A stretch of DNA of 64,000 nucleotides, taken from contig CP068257.2 of NCBI GenBank assembly GCA_009914755.4, positions 10,400,001 to 10,464,000 on the forward strand, in the 5' to 3' direction. A program made the position numbers and the translations under genes. This document shows positions 1-15,200 of the stretch, piece by piece. The notes beneath the pieces were generated by a model. It saw only the letters and a list, made by a program, of their open reading frames with translations. It made no database searches and was not told where the DNA came from. This DNA is from the human T2T-CHM13v2.0 reference genome, Homo sapiens. Position 1 is the stretch's first letter; each line of letters opens with the position of its first letter.

Positions 1-2589
1 AATGGAACTTAATCGAATGGTATGGAATCAAATGGGATGTAATCAAATACAAGGGAATAGAATGGAATGGAATCGAATGTAATGTAATCGAATGGAATGG
101 AATCAAATGGAATTGAATTAAATGAAATGGAATCAAATGAAATGGACACGAAAAGAATGGAATGGAATGGAATGGACGTGAATGGAATGGACTAGAATGG
201 ATTGGACTGGAATGGAATGGACTCGGATTCAATGGAATAGAATGGAATGGAATCGAATGGCATTGAATGGAATCGAATGGAATGCGGTGAAGTTGAGTGG
301 AGTGGAGTGAAATGCAATGGAATGGAATGGGGTAGAATGGTATTGAATGGAGTGGAGAGGAGTGGAGTGGAAAGCAATGGAATGGAATGGAATGGCATGG
401 ATTGGATTGGAGGGTAGTGGACTGTAGTGGAGTGGAATGGAGTGGAATGGATTGGAGTGGAGAGGAGTGGAGAGGACTGGAGTGGAATGGAGTGGAGAAG
501 AGTGGAGAGGAGTGGAGTTGAATGACATTAAATGGAATGGAGTTGAGTGGAATCGATTGGAATAGAGTAGAGGAGAGTGTAATGGAGTGCAATGTAATGT
601 AATGGAATGGAATGGAATTTAACAGAGTGAAGTGGAGTGGAGTGGAATGCAATGGAATGGAATTGAATGGAGTGGAGTGGAGTCGAATGGAATGCAATGG
701 AATGGAATGGAATGGAATCTAATGGAATGGATTTGAATGGAATGGAATCAAATGGAAGGGAATGGGATGGAATTAATAGAATGGAATGGATTTGAAAGAA
801 ACGGAATTGAATGGGATCAAATGGAATCGAATGGAATGTGGTGAAGTGGAGTGGAGTGGAATTGAGTGTAATGGAATTTGGCGGAATGCAATTGAATGGA
901 GTGGAGTGGTTTTGAATGGACAGGAAAGGAATGGAATGGGAATGAATGTAATTGAATGGAGTGGAGGCGAGTGGAGTGGAATGCAAAAGAATGGAATGGA
1001 ATGGAGTGTAGGGGAGTGGAGTAAATTCTAGTGGAGTGGAGAGGAATGGAGTGGAATGGTATGGAATGGAAAGGAATGGAGTGCAATTGAATCGAATGGA
1101 ATGGAATGGAATGGAATGCAGTGGAGTAGAGTGGAGTGGACTGCAGTTAAATGGAATGGAATGGAATGGAATGCAGTGGAGTAGAGTGGAGTGGACTGCA
1201 GTTAAATGGAATGGAATGGAATGGAATGGAATGGAATGGAGTGTAGGGAATTGGAATGCAATGGAATGGAATGGAAAGGAATGGAATGGATTCCAATGGA
1301 ATGGAATGGACTGTAATGGAATCGACTGGAATGGAATGGATTCGAATGGAAAGAAATCAAATGGAATGGAAACGAATGGAATGGATTCGAGTAGAATGGA
1401 CTGGTATGGAATGGACTAGAATGGACTGGACACGAATGGAATGGAATTGAATGTAATGGAATGGAATGGAAAGGTTATGGAATGGAATGAATTAGAATGG
1501 ATTGGACTGGAATTTAATGGACTGGAATGGAATGGAATGGAGTGTAATGGACTCGAATGGAATGGAATTGAATGGAATGGATTCGAGCAGAATGGAATTG
1601 AATGGAATGGATTCGAAAGGAATGGAATCAAATGGAATGGAATCGAATTGAATGGATACCAATGGAATTGACTGGAATGGAAGGGATGCAAAATGGAATG
1701 GACTCGAATGGATTTGACTGGAATGGAATGGAATCGTATGGAATGGAATTGAATGCAATGGAATCGAATGGCATCAAATGGAATCGAATGGAATGCGGTG
1801 AAGTGGAGTGGAGTGGAGTGAAATGCAGTGGAATGGAATGGGGTGGAATGGAATTGAATTGAGTGGGGCAGAGTGGAGTGGAATGGAGTGGAATTGAATG
1901 GAGGGGAAGGAATGGAATTGAACAGACTTGAGTGGAGAGGAGTGGATTGGAATGCAATAGAATGAAATGGAATGGAATGGAGTGGAGTGGAGTGGATTGG
2001 AGTGGAATTAAATAGAATGGAATGGAATGGAATGGAATGGAATGGAATGGAATGGAATGGAATGGAATGAACTCAAACGGAATGGACTGCAAGGGAATGG
2101 ACTGGAATGGAATGGACCCGAATGGAATGGACTGGAATGGAATGGACTCAAAAGGAATGAACTCGAATGTAATGGAGTAGAATGGAAAGGAATCGTACTG
2201 AATGGAATCGAATGGAATGGAATCAAATGAAATAATATGGAAAGGCGTCGAATGGAATCCAGTGTTATGCGGTGAAGTGGAGTGGAGAGGAGTGTAATTG
2301 AGTGGATTGGAATGGGGTGGAATGGAAAGGAATGCAGTGGAGTGCACTGGAGTGCAATAGAGTGGAATGGAATGGAATGGGAAGGAATGGAATTGAACTG
2401 AGTGGAGTTGAGTGGAGCGGAGAGGAGTGGAATGCAAAGGAATGGTAAGGAGTGCAAAGGAATGGAATGGAATGGACTGGAATGGAAAGGACTCGAATGG
2501 AACGGAATTGAATGGAATGGACGCGAATGGTATGGACTCGAATGCAATGTAATCAAACGGAGTGGAATCAAATGGCACTGAATTGAATA

Positions 2590-3250
2590 AAATGGAATCA
2601 AATGGAAAGGAATCGGAAGGCAACGAGTGGAAGGGAATGGAATGTGGTTAATTGGAGTGCAATGAATTGGAATGCAGTGGAATGGAATGAGGTGGAATGG
2701 AATTGATTGGAGTGGAGTGGAGTGGAGCAGAATGCAATGGAATGGAATGGACCAGCATGGATTGGAGTTGAGTGGAGTAGAGTGGAGTGGAGAGTAGTGG
2801 AATGGAGTGTAGTGTAGTGGAGTGGAGTGGAGTGGAGTGGAATGGAATGCACAGGAAAGGAATGGACTAGAATGGAACGGACATGAATGGAATGGACTCG
2901 AATGGAATGGACTCGAATGCAATGGAATCAAATGGAATGGAATAGAATGGAACGGAATTGAATGAAATGGAATCAAATGGAAAGGAATCAAATGGCATCA
3001 AACAGAATGGAATGGAATGTGGTTAATTGGAGTGCAGTGCATTGGAATGGAATGGTGTGCAATGGAATTGAATGGAGTGGAGTGGAGTGGAGCAGAATGC
3101 AATGGAATGGAAGGGAACAGCATGGATTGGAGTTGAGTGTAGTAGAGTGGAGTGGAGTGGAAGGGAGTGGAGTGGAGTGTAGTGGAGTGGAGTGGAGTGG
3201 AAAGGAATGGAGTCTAGTGGAATGTAATGGAATAGAATGGAATGGAATGT
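2590..3250 (+). repeat. Tandem duplication of a ~375 bp unit in domain A (second copy truncated)
   Basis: AATGGAATGTGGTTAATTGGAGTGCA at 2633 and 3008, each followed by ...GGAGCAGAATGCAATGGAATGGAA..CAGCATGGATTGGAGTTGAGTG.AGTAGAGTGGAGTGG. Confidence 0.8.
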
Positions 3251-6200
3251 AGTGGAATGGAATGGAATGGAGTTGAAATAAATGGAAAGGAATGCAATGG
3301 AATGGAATGGAATGGATTGGAATGGGATGGAATGGAAAGGAGTGGAATGGAATGTAACGTAGTGGAATGGAAAGTATTGGAGGGGAATGGAATGGAGTGG
3401 AAAGGAATGGAATTTAACAGAGTGGAGTGGAGTGTAGGGGAGTGGAGTGGAATGCTATGGAATGTAATGGAATGGAGTGGAGTGGAAAGCAGTGAATTGG
3501 AGTGGAGTGGAATGGAGTGGAATGGAGTGGAGTGGAATGGGATGAAATGGAATATGGTGGAGTGGAGTGGAATGGGATGAATTGGAATATGGTGGAGTGG
3601 AATGGAATGGAATGGAGTGGATGAGAGTGGAATGGAGTGGAATGGAATGGTATGGAATTGAACGGAGTGGAGTGGAATGCAATGGAATGGAATTGAATGG
3701 AGAAGACGGGAGTGTAGTGGAGGGGAGTGGAATGGAATCGAGTAGAATGGACTGGAATGGAATGGACACGAATAGAATGGACTTGAGTGGAATGGAATCG
3801 AAAGGAATGAAATTGAATGGAATGGAATTGAATGGAATTGATGTGAAACGAAAAGAACAGAAGGGAATCGAATGGAATTCAATGGAATGCGGTAAAGTGG
3901 CGTAGAATGGAGTGGAATGCAGTGGAATGGAAAGGAATGGGAAGGAATGGAATTGAAGGGAGTGGAGTGGAATGCAGTGGAATGGAGTGGAATGGAATGA
4001 GGTGGAATGGAATTGAACTGAGTGGAGTGGAGAGGAATGAAATGGAATGGAATGGAATGGTGTGGATTGGATTGGAGTGCAGTGGATTGTAGTGGAGTAG
4101 AGTGGAATGGAGTGCAGTGGAGTGGAGTGGAGTGGAATGGAATGGTGCCGAGTGGTATGAAATGGAATGGAATGGAATGGAATGCAGTGGAATGGAGTGG
4201 AATGCAGTGGAAAGGAATTGAATGGAATGGAATGGAGTGGAGTGGAGTGGAATCTTATGGAATGGAATGGAATGGAGTGGAGTGGAATGGAATGGAGTGG
4301 ATTCGAATGGAATGGAATGGAGATGAGTGGAATGGAATGGAATTGAGGGGAATGGAATAGGGTTGACAGGATTGGAATTTAACGGAGTGGTGTGGAGTGG
4401 AGTGGAATGCTATGGAATATAATGGAATGGAGTCGAGTGGAAAGGAGTAAAGTGGAGTAGAGTGGAATGGATTGTAGTGGAGTGGAGTGGAATGGAATGA
4501 AATGGAATGTGGTGGAGTGGAATGGAATGGAATGAGTAGACGGGAGTAGAATTGAGTGGAATGGAATGGAATGGAAAAAAACTAAACGCAGTGGAGTGGA
4601 GAGGAATTCAATGGAATGGAATTGAATGGAGAGGAGTGCAGGGAAGTGGAGTGGAACAGAATGGAATAGAATGGACTGGAATGGAATGGACACGAATGGA
4701 ATGGACTTGAGTGGAATAGAATCGAATGGAATGGAATTGAATCGAATGGAATTGAATGGAATCATTTGAAAGGAATGGAATCGAAGGGAATCGAATGCAA
4801 TTCAATGGAATACAGTGAAGTGGCGTGGAGTGGAGTGGAATGAAGTGGAATGGAATAGAGTGGGAAGGAATGGAATTGAATGGAGTGTTGTGTAATGGAT
4901 TGGAATGGAGTGGAATGGAATCGGGTGGAATGGAATTGAATTGAATGGATGGGAGAGGAACGCAATGGAATGGATTGGAATGGCATGGATTGGATTGGAG
5001 TGTAGTGGACTGTACAGGAGTGAAGTGGAGTGTAGGGGAGTGGAATTGAATGGTGTCAAGTGGAATGTAATGAAATGGAATGTAAAGAAATGGAGTGGAA
5101 TGGAGTGGAATGGAGTGCAAAGAAATTAAATGGAATGGAATGTAAGGGATAGGAATGGAATTGAATGGAGTGGATTGGAATGGAATGGAGTGAGTGGAAT
5201 GGAATGCAATGGAGGGGAATGGAATGTGGTTGACAGGAGAGGAAATTAACTGATTGGAGTGGAGAGGAGTTGAATGCTATAGAATGGAATGGAATGGAGT
5301 GGAGTGGTGAGTAGTGCAGTGGAGTGTAATGGAGTGAGGTGGAGTGGAGAGGAGTGGAGTGGAATTGAATGAAATGGAATGGAGTGGAGTGGAAAGGACT
5401 GGAATGTAGTGGAGGGGAGTGGAATGGAGTGTATTGTAATGGAATGGAATGGAATGGAACTTAGTGTAGTGGAGTGGAGAGGAGTGGAATGGAATGCAAT
5501 GGAATGGAATTGAATGGTGTGGAGTGGAGTGGAGTGGGGTGGGGTGGTGTGGAGTGGAATGGAATGGAATGGTATGGAATGGACACGAATGGAATGGACT
5601 GGAATGGAATGGAATCAAATGAAATGGAATCAAATTGAATTAATTGAATAGAATGGATTCGAAAGGAATGGAATCGAATGGCATCGAATGGAATGTGGAG
5701 AAGTGGAGTGGAGTGGAATGGAGTGGAATGGAATTTGGTGGAATGCAATTGAATGGAGTGGATTGGAGTGGGGTGGAATGGAGTGGTATGGAATGGAATG
5801 GGAATGAATGGAATTGATTGGAGTGGAGTGGAGTGGATTGGAGTGGAATGCAAAGGAATGGAATGGAGTGGAGTGGAGTGGAGTAAACTGTAGTGGAGTG
5901 GAGTAGAAAGGAATGGAATAAAATGGACTAGAATGAAATGGACACGAATAGAATGGACTTAAGTGGAATGTAATCGAATGGAATGGAATAGAAAGGAATG
6001 GAAATTAATGGAATGGATTTGAAAGGAATGGGAACGAATGGAATCTAATGGAATTAAATGGAATGCAGTGAAGTGGCGTAGAGTGGCTGCAATGTTATGG
6101 AATGGAATGGAATGGGAATGAATTGAATTGAATGGAGTGGAGTGGAATGTAGTGGAATGGAATGGGGTGGAATGGAATTGAATTGAATGTAGTGGAGTGG

Positions 6201-9200
6201 AATGCAATGGAATGGAATGGAAGGACATGGATTGGATTGGAGTGTAGTGGATTGTAGTGGAGTGGAGTGGAGAAGAATGGAGTGGAGTTGAGTGGAGTGG
6301 AATGGAATGGTGTCGAGTGGAATGGAATGGAAAAGATTGGAGTGGAATGGAGTGGAATGGATTGGAATGAAATTTTTTGGAATGCAATTGAATCGAGTGG
6401 ATTGCAGTGGAGTCGAATGGAGTGGAATGGAATGGAATGGGAATGAATGGAATTGAATGTAGTGGAGTGGAGTGGAATGCAAAGGAATGGAATGTAGTGG
6501 AGTGGAGTGGAGAGGAGTAAACTGTAGTGCAGTGGTGAGGAATGGAGAGGAATGGAATGAAATGGAATGGAATGGAATGGAATGGAATGGAATGGAGAGC
6601 AATTGAATCAAATGCAATGTGATGGAAAGCAATGCAGTGGAGTGGAGAGGAGTGGAGTGGAGTGCAGTAGAATGGAGTGGAGTGGAATAGAATGGAATGG
6701 AATAGAATGGAATGGAATGGAAGAGAGTGGAATGGAATGGACTTGAATGGATTGGACTCAAATGGATTTGAATGGAATGGAATGGAATCGAATCGAATGG
6801 GATGGAATTGAAAGGTATGGAATCGAATGGAATTGAGTTGGAATGGAATGGAATTGAAAGGCATCAAATGTAATCAAATGGAATGGAATCGAATGGCCTC
6901 GAATGGAAGCAAATGGAATGTGATGAAATGGAGTGGAGAGTTGTGGAATGGAGTGTGATGGAATGGGTTAGAATGGAATTGAATATACTGGAATGGAGTG
7001 TAGTGGAATGGAGTGGGATGGAATGGAATGGGAAGGAATGGAATTGAACGGAGTGCAGTGGAGTGCAGTGGAGTGGAGTTGAAGGCAATGAAATGGAATA
7101 GAATGGGGTAGAGTGGAGTAGAGCAGAGTGGAGTGGCGTGGAATGGAGTGAAGTGGAGTAGCGTGGAGTGGAATTGAGTGGAGAGGAGTCGAGTGGAGTG
7201 GAATGGAATTGAATGAAATGGAATTGAGTGGAATGGAATGGAATATAATGGAATGGAATGCAATGGAATGGGAAGGAATGGAATTGAACGGAATGGAGTG
7301 GAGTGGAATGGAATGGAATGGACGGAATGGAATTCAATGGAGTGGAGTGGAGTGAAGTGCATTGGAGTGCAATTGAATGCAATGGATTGTAGTGGAGTAC
7401 AGTTGAGAGGAGTGTATTGGAATGCCCAGGACTGGAATATGATGGAGTGGAGTGGAGTGGAGTGGAATGGAGTGGAGTATAGAGTCGTGGAGTGGAGCGT
7501 AATGGAATGGAGTGGAGTGGGATGGAATTGACTCAAGTGGAGTGGAGTGGAATGGAGTGGAATCGAATGGAATGGAAAGGAGGGGCGTGGAATAGAGTGG
7601 AGTGGAGTGGAGTAGAATGGAATAGAGTGGTATGGAATGGAATGGAATGGAATGGAATGAAATGGAGGGGAGTGGAGTGGAGGGGAATGTAGTGGAGTGG
7701 AGTGGTGTGGAGTTGAGTGGAGTGGAGTGGAATGGAGCAGAATGGAATGGAATGGAGTGGAGTGGTGTGGAGTTTAATGGAATGCATTGGAGTGGAATGG
7801 AATGGAGTGGAATGGAATGGAATGGAGTGGAATGGAATGGAATGGAATGGACACGAATGGGATGGACTTGAATGGAATGAACTGGAATGGGATGTCCTCG
7901 AATGGAATGGAGTCGAATAGAATGCACTTGAATGGAATGGACTCGAATGGAATGGACTCGAACAGAATGGAATCGAATGGAATGTAATTGAATGGAGTGT
8001 AATCGAACAGAATGGAATCGGATGGAATGATAGCAGATGGAATGGAATGGAATGGAATGGAATCGAATGGCATTGAATGGAATGCGGTGAAGTGGAGTGT
8101 AGTGGATTGGAGTGCAGTGGATTGGAATGGAAAGTGATGGAATGGAATTGAATGGACTGAAGTGGAGTGGAATGGAATGGGAAGGAATGGAATTAAATGC
8201 AGTGGAGTGCAGTGGATTGGAATGCAATGGAATGGTATGGAATGGAGTGGAGTCGAGTGGAGGGGAGTGGAGTGGATTGAAGTGAAGTGTAATGCATGTG
8301 AATGGAATAGAATGGAGTGGAAAGAAATGCAGTGGAATCGAATGCAGTGTAATGGAATGTAGTGGGGGTGGAATAGAATAGAATAGAATGGAATGGAGTA
8401 GAGTGAAATGAAGTGGAATGCATTGGAGTGGAATAGAATGGAGTGGAGTGAAGTGGAGTGGATGGAATGGAGTGGGGTGGAGTGGAATGGAATGGAATGG
8501 AATGGAATGGAATGGAATGACTCAGATGGAATGGAATCGATGAAATGAACTGGAATGGAATGGACTCAAAGGGAATGGAGTGGAATCAAATGGAATGGGA
8601 TCAAATGGAATGGAAATGAATGGAATTAAAACCAACAGAATGGAACAGCATGGCATCGACTGGATTCGAATGGTAAATGGTGAAGGGGAGTGGGGTGGAG
8701 TGGACTGGAACAGAGTTGAATGGGGTTGAAAGAAATTTATTGGAGTGGAGTGCAGTGGAGTGGAGTGGAGTGGAATGGAATGCAATGAAAAGGAATGATA
8801 TTGAACAGAGTGGAGTGGAGTGGAATGCAATGGAAAGGAAAGGAATGGATTGGAGTGGAGTGGAGTGGAATGCAATGTAATGGAATAAATTGGAGTGGAG
8901 TGGAGTGGAATGGAATGGAAGAGATTGGATTGGATTGGAATGGAATGGAATGGACTCAAATGGAATGGACTGGAATGGAATTTACTGGAATGGAACGGAC
9001 TGGAATGGAATGCACTCGATTGGGATGGACAAAAATGGAAGTTCTCCAAAGTAATGAAACTGAATGGAAAGGAATTGAATGGAATCGAATCAAATGGAAT
9101 GGAATAGAAAGGAAAGGAATCGAATAGCATCAAACGGAATAGAAAGGAATGCGATGAATTGGAGTTTAGTGGACCGGAGTGGAATGGTATGGCACAGAAG

Positions 9201-12200
9201 GGAATTGAATGGAGTGAAGTGTAGTGGAATAGAGTGGAATGGAACGGAATGGGAAGAAATTTAATTGGATGGAGTGGAGTGGAGAGTAGTATCCAATGGA
9301 AAGGAATGGAATGTAGTGGAGTGGAGTGGATTGGAATGGAGTAAAATGGAATGGAATGGAATGGAAAGGAATGGAATTGAGTGGAATGGACTGGAATGGA
9401 ATGGAATGAAATGGACTCTAATAAAATGGACTCGACTGGAATGTACTGGAAGGGAATGGAAATGATTGGAATGGAATACAATGGAATGGAGTGGAATGGA
9501 CTCGAATGCAATGAACTCGAATGGAAGGGAATCGAATTGAATGGACTATAATGGAATGGAATCAAATGGAATGGAATCAAATGGCATCGAATGGAATTGA
9601 ATGGAATGCGATGAAGTGGAGTGGACTGGAGTGGAGTGGAAGGGAATTGAATGGAATGGAATTGAGTGGAATGGAATGGAATGGAATGGAATGGAATGGA
9701 ATGGAATGCAATGCAATTGAATTGGAAGGAATAGAATTGAACTGAGTGGAGTGGAGTGGAGTGGAGTGGAGTGGAATGGAATGAAGTGGAATGGAATGGA
9801 CTGGAGTGGAATGGAATGGAATGGGGTGGAGTGGAATCGATTGGAATGGAATGGAATGAGGACGGGAATTGAATGGAGTGGAGTGGAATGGAGTGGAATG
9901 CAAAGGAATTGAATGGAATGGAGTGGAGTGGAGGTGAATAAAGTGTAGTGTAGTGGAGAGGAATGGACTGGAATGGAATGGAATTGAATTAAATGGTGTG
10001 GAATTGAGTCGAATTTAATGGAATGCACCAGAGTGGTATGGAGTGGAGTGGAATGGAGTGGAATGGAATGGAATGGAATGGAAGGGAATGGAATGGAATG
10101 GAAGGGACTGGAATGGAATGGACTTGAATGGAAGGGAATGGAATGGAATGCAATTGAATGGAATTGAGTGGAATAGAATTGAATTGTATGGAATCGAATG
10201 GAAGGGAATCGAATGGCATCAAATGGAATCAAATGGAATGCGGTGAAGTGGAGTGGAGTGGATTGAAACGCAGTGGAATGGAATGAGGTAGAATGGAATT
10301 GAGTGGAGTGGAGTGCATTGGAATGGGTTGGAATGGAATGGAATTGGAAGGAGTGGAATTGAACGGATTGGAGTGGAATGAAAAGGAGTGGAAAGCAATG
10401 CAATGGAATGGAGTAGAGTGGAGTTGTGTGGAGTGGAGTAGTATGCAATGGAATAGAATGGAATGGAATGGATTTGAAAGGAATGGAATGGAATGGTTTC
10501 GAATGTAATGGACTGGAATGAAATGGTCTGGAAAGGAATGGGCTCGAATGGAATGGACTCGATGGAATGCACTTGAAGGGAGTGGACTGGAATGGAATGG
10601 ACTGGAATATAATGGACTTGGATGGAATGGATTTGAATGGAATGAACTCGAAAGGAATGAACTCGCATGTAATGGACTCGAATTGTATGGAATCGAATAG
10701 AAGGGACTCGCATGGAATGGATGAGAATGGAATGGAATAGAATGGAATGGAGTCGAATGGAATGGAATAGAATAGCATCAAAGAGAATACAGTGGAATGC
10801 GATGAAGTGGAGTGGAGTCGAGTGGAATGGAGTGGAATGGAATTGAATGCAGCAGAGCGGAGTGGTGTCAAATGGATTTGAATAGAATGGAATGGTAAGG
10901 AATAGAATTGAACCGAGTTGAGTTGAGTGGAGTGGAATGGAGTAATATGCAAAGAATGGAATCCAGTGGATTGGAATGGAATGGAATGGAGTGGAGTGGA
11001 ATGGAATGGGGTGGAAATAGTGGAATTGAATGGAATGGAGTGGAGTGGAGAGATGTGGAGTGGAGTGCAGTGGAATGGATTGGAGTGGAGTGGAGTGGAA
11101 TGCAATGAAGTGAAATGGAGTGGAGTGGAGTGGAATGGAATAGAATTAAGTGGAGTGGAGTGGAATGGAGTGAAATGAAATGGAATTGGATTGAATGGAA
11201 TTGAACGGAGTGGAGTGGAATGCGGTGGAATGCAATGGAATGGAATAGAATGGATTGGAGTGGAGTGGAATGGAATGGAATGGAATGAAATGGAATCGAA
11301 TGTTATGGACAGGAATGTAATGGACTAAAAAGGAATGCACTCGAATGGAATGTCCTCGAATGGAATAGACTCTTATGAAATGGAATCGAATGGAATGGAA
11401 TCATATGGAATTGAATTGAGTGAAATGGAATCAAATGGAATGGCATCGAATGGCATCAAATGGAATCAACTGGAAAGAGGCATTGCATGGAATGGCTTCC
11501 AATGGAATCAAATGGAAACAAGTGGAGTGGAGTGGAAAGTAGTGGCAAGGAATGGGGTGGAATGGAATTGAATGGATGGGAATGGAAACCAGGTAAGTGG
11601 AATGCAAAGGAACAGAATGGAATGGAGTGGAGTGGAGAGGAATATAGTGAAATGGAATTGAAAGGTATGCAATGAAATGGAGTGGAATTGAATTGAATGA
11701 AATGGAATGGAATGGAATGGAATGCACTGTATTGGAGTGGAGTGGAATGGAGTGGAATGAAGTGGAAGGGAATGGAACTGAATGGAGAGGAATGGAATGG
11801 AGTGGAATGGATTGGAATTGATTGGAGTGGAGTGGAGTGGAGTGTAATGGAGTGGAATGCAATGGAATGGGAAAAAATGTAATTGAACGTAGTGGAGTGG
11901 AATGGAGTGGAAAGAATGTAATGGAATGGAATGGAGTGGAATAGAGTGGAATGAAGTGGAGTGGAATGGAGTGGAGTGGAGTGGAATGGAATGGGAAGGA
12001 ATGGAATTCAATGGAGTGGAGTGGAGTTGAGAGGAGTGGAGTGGAGTGGTATGCAATGGAATGGAATGGAATTGAGTGTTGTGGATTGGAGTGGAGTGGA
12101 GTTGAGTGGAATGGAATGGAATAGAGTGGAATGGAATGGAAAAGAGTAGAATGGAGGGGAGTGGAATGGAAAGGAGAGGAGTGGAATGGAATGGAATGGA

Positions 12201-15200
12201 ATGGAATGGAATCAAATAGAATTTACAGGACGGAAATGGAATAACAAGGAATGGACTCGAATGGAATGGACTTGAATCGAATGGCCTCAAATGGAATGGA
12301 ATTGAATGGAATGGAATCGAATCGAATGGAATGTAACGTAATGAAATCGAGTGAAGTGGAAATGAATGAAATGGAATCAAATGGCATCGAATCGAGTCAA
12401 ATGGAATGCAATGAAGTGGAGAGGAGTGGAGCAGAATGGAGTGGAATGGAATGGATTGGAATGGAATTGAATGGAGTGGAGTGGTGGTCAGTGGAATGGA
12501 GTGGAATGGAATGTATTGGGAAAGAATGGAATTGACAAGAGTAGAGTGGAGTGCAGTGGAGTGGAGTAGAGTGGAGTGCAGTTTAATGGAGTGGAATGGA
12601 ATGGAATGGAACAGACAGGAATGGAATGAAAAGGAGTGGAGTAAAATTGAGTGGAAATGAATAGAATGGACTGGAAATTAATGGCATGGAATGGAATGGA
12701 ACGGACTCAAATTGAGTGGACTCGAATGGAATGGACTGGAATGGAATGGACACGAATGGAATGGAATGTAAGGGAATGGAATCAAATGGTATGGAATCAA
12801 ATATAGTGGAATTGAACGGAATGGAATCAAATGCACTGGAATCGAATGGTATGGAATCAAATGGCATTGAATGGAATCGCATAAAATGCTGTGAAGTGGA
12901 GTGGAGTGGAGTGGAATAGAGTGAAATGGAGTGGAATGGGTAGGAATGGAATTGAACACAGTGAAGTGGAGTGGATTGGAGTGGAATGGAATGCAAAGGA
13001 ATGAAATGGAATAGAATGGAATGGAATGGAATGGAGTGGAGGGGAGTGGATTGCAGTGGAGTGGATTGGAGTGTAATGGAGTGGAATGGAATGGAAAGGA
13101 ATGGAATGGCATGGAGTGGAATGGAATGGAATGGGAGGGAATAGAGTAGAAAGGAGTGGAATGGATAGGAGCAGAGTAAAATGGAATGGAAAGGAATGGA
13201 ATGGAATGGAATGGAATGGAATGGAATGGTGAGGAGTGGAGTCGAGTGTACTGCAGTGGAGTGGAGTGGAAAGGAATGGAATGAAATGGATTGCAATGGA
13301 ATGGAATTGATTGTAGTGGAGTGGAATGCAATAGAGTGGAATGTAGTGGAATGGAATGGAACAAAGTCAAGTGGAATGGAGTGGAGTGGAATGGAATGGA
13401 ATGGAATGGAATGGAATGGAATGGAATGGAATGGACTCGAATAGAATTGAATGGACTCAAATGGAATGGACTGGAATGCATTGGAATCAAATGGAATAGA
13501 CTCGAAAGGAATGGACTCAAATGGAATAGAATCGAATGGAATGAAATCGAATGGAATGGAATTGAATGGAATGGAATCGAAAGGAATGGAATCAAATGGC
13601 ATCGAATGGAATCGAATGGACTGCAGTGAAGTGAAGTGGAGTGGAATGGAGTGCAATGGAGTGGAATGGAGTGGAATTGAATGGGGTGAAAGGGAACTGA
13701 ATGGAGTGGAGTGCAGTGGAGTTGAATGGAGTGGAATGGAATTTAATGGTAAGGAATGAATTTGAATGGAATGGAGTGGAGTGGATTGGACTGGATTGCA
13801 ATTGAATGGAGTGGAATGGAGTTGAGTGGAGTGGAGTGGAATGGAATGGAATGGAATGGAATGGAATGGAATGGAATGGAATGGAAACGACTGGAATGCA
13901 ATGGAGAAGAATGGAATGGACTCCAATGGAATGGATTCGAATGAAATGGAATGGAATGGAATTGAATGGACTCAAATGGAATGGAATGGAATGGAATGGA
14001 CTGGAATGGAATGGATTCGAATGGAATGGACTCCAATGGAAAGGATTGGAATGGAATGGACTCCAATGGAATGGAGTTGAAAGGAATGAACTTGAATGGA
14101 ATGGAAACGAGTGGAATGGAATCAAAAGGAATGGATTCAAGAGCAAAGAAATCGAATACATGGTATCGAATGGAAAGGATTAGAAAGCAATGAAATCGAA
14201 TGCAATGGTGTCGAATGGAATGGAATCGAATGGCATGGAATGGATTGAGGTGAAGGGGAGTGGAGTGGAGTGGAATGGAGTGGAATGGAATGCGGTGGAA
14301 TGGAATTGAATGGAGTGGAGTGGAGTGGAGTGGAATGGAGTGGAATGGAATAGAGTGTAGTGAAATGCAATGGAATGGAATGGAGTGGATTGGACAGGAG
14401 TTGATTGGAGTGGAATGCAATGGAATGGAAAGGAGTGGAGTGGACTGGAGTGCAGTGGAATGGAGGGGAATGCAATATGATGGAAAGGAATGGAATAGAC
14501 TCGAATGGAATGGACTCGAGTGGAATGGACTGGAATGGAATGGACTCGAACAGAATGGACTGGAATGTAATGGACTCTAATGGAATGGACTCGAATGGAC
14601 CGGAATCAAATGGAATGGAATCGACTGGAATGGAATGGAATCCAGTGGAATGGAATGGAATGGCATCAAATGGAATCGAATAGAATGTGGTGAAGTGGAG
14701 TGGAGTGCAGTGGAATGGAGTGGATTTGAATAGGGAGGAATGGAAGTGAATGGAGTGGAGTGGAGTGGATTGGAGTGGAATGTAATAAAAAGGAACGGAA
14801 AGGGAAGGTTGTAATTGAACAGTGTGGAGTGGAGTGGAATGTAGCAGAGTGGAATGCAATGGAATGGAATGGAAGATAGTACAGTCGAATGGAGTGGAGT
14901 GGAGTGGAGAGGAGTGGATTAGAATGGAGTGGAATGGAAAGTAAGGGAATGAAGTGGAATGGAATGGAATGGCATGGAATGGAGTGGAATGGAATGGAAT
15001 GGAATGCAGGCGAGTGCAGTGGAATGGAATGGAATGGAATGAAATGGAGAGCGGTGAAGTGGAGTGGAGTGAATTGGAGTGGAGAAGAATGGAATGGAAT
15101 GGAATGGAATGGAATGGAATGGAATGGAATGGAATGGAGTGGAGTGGAGTGGAATGGAAGGGAATGGAATTGATAGGAATGGAATGGAGTTGAGGGTATA

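Noticed and set aside
9546-11105. Longest ORF in the track (519 aa, minus strand) and other ORFs of 300-470 aa (e.g. 12583-13926, 56207-57610, 45732-47033)
   Set aside because: Translations are HSIPF/HSTPL 5-aa periodic repeats from the ATTCC strand. Absence of stops is a repeat-composition artefact, not coding.
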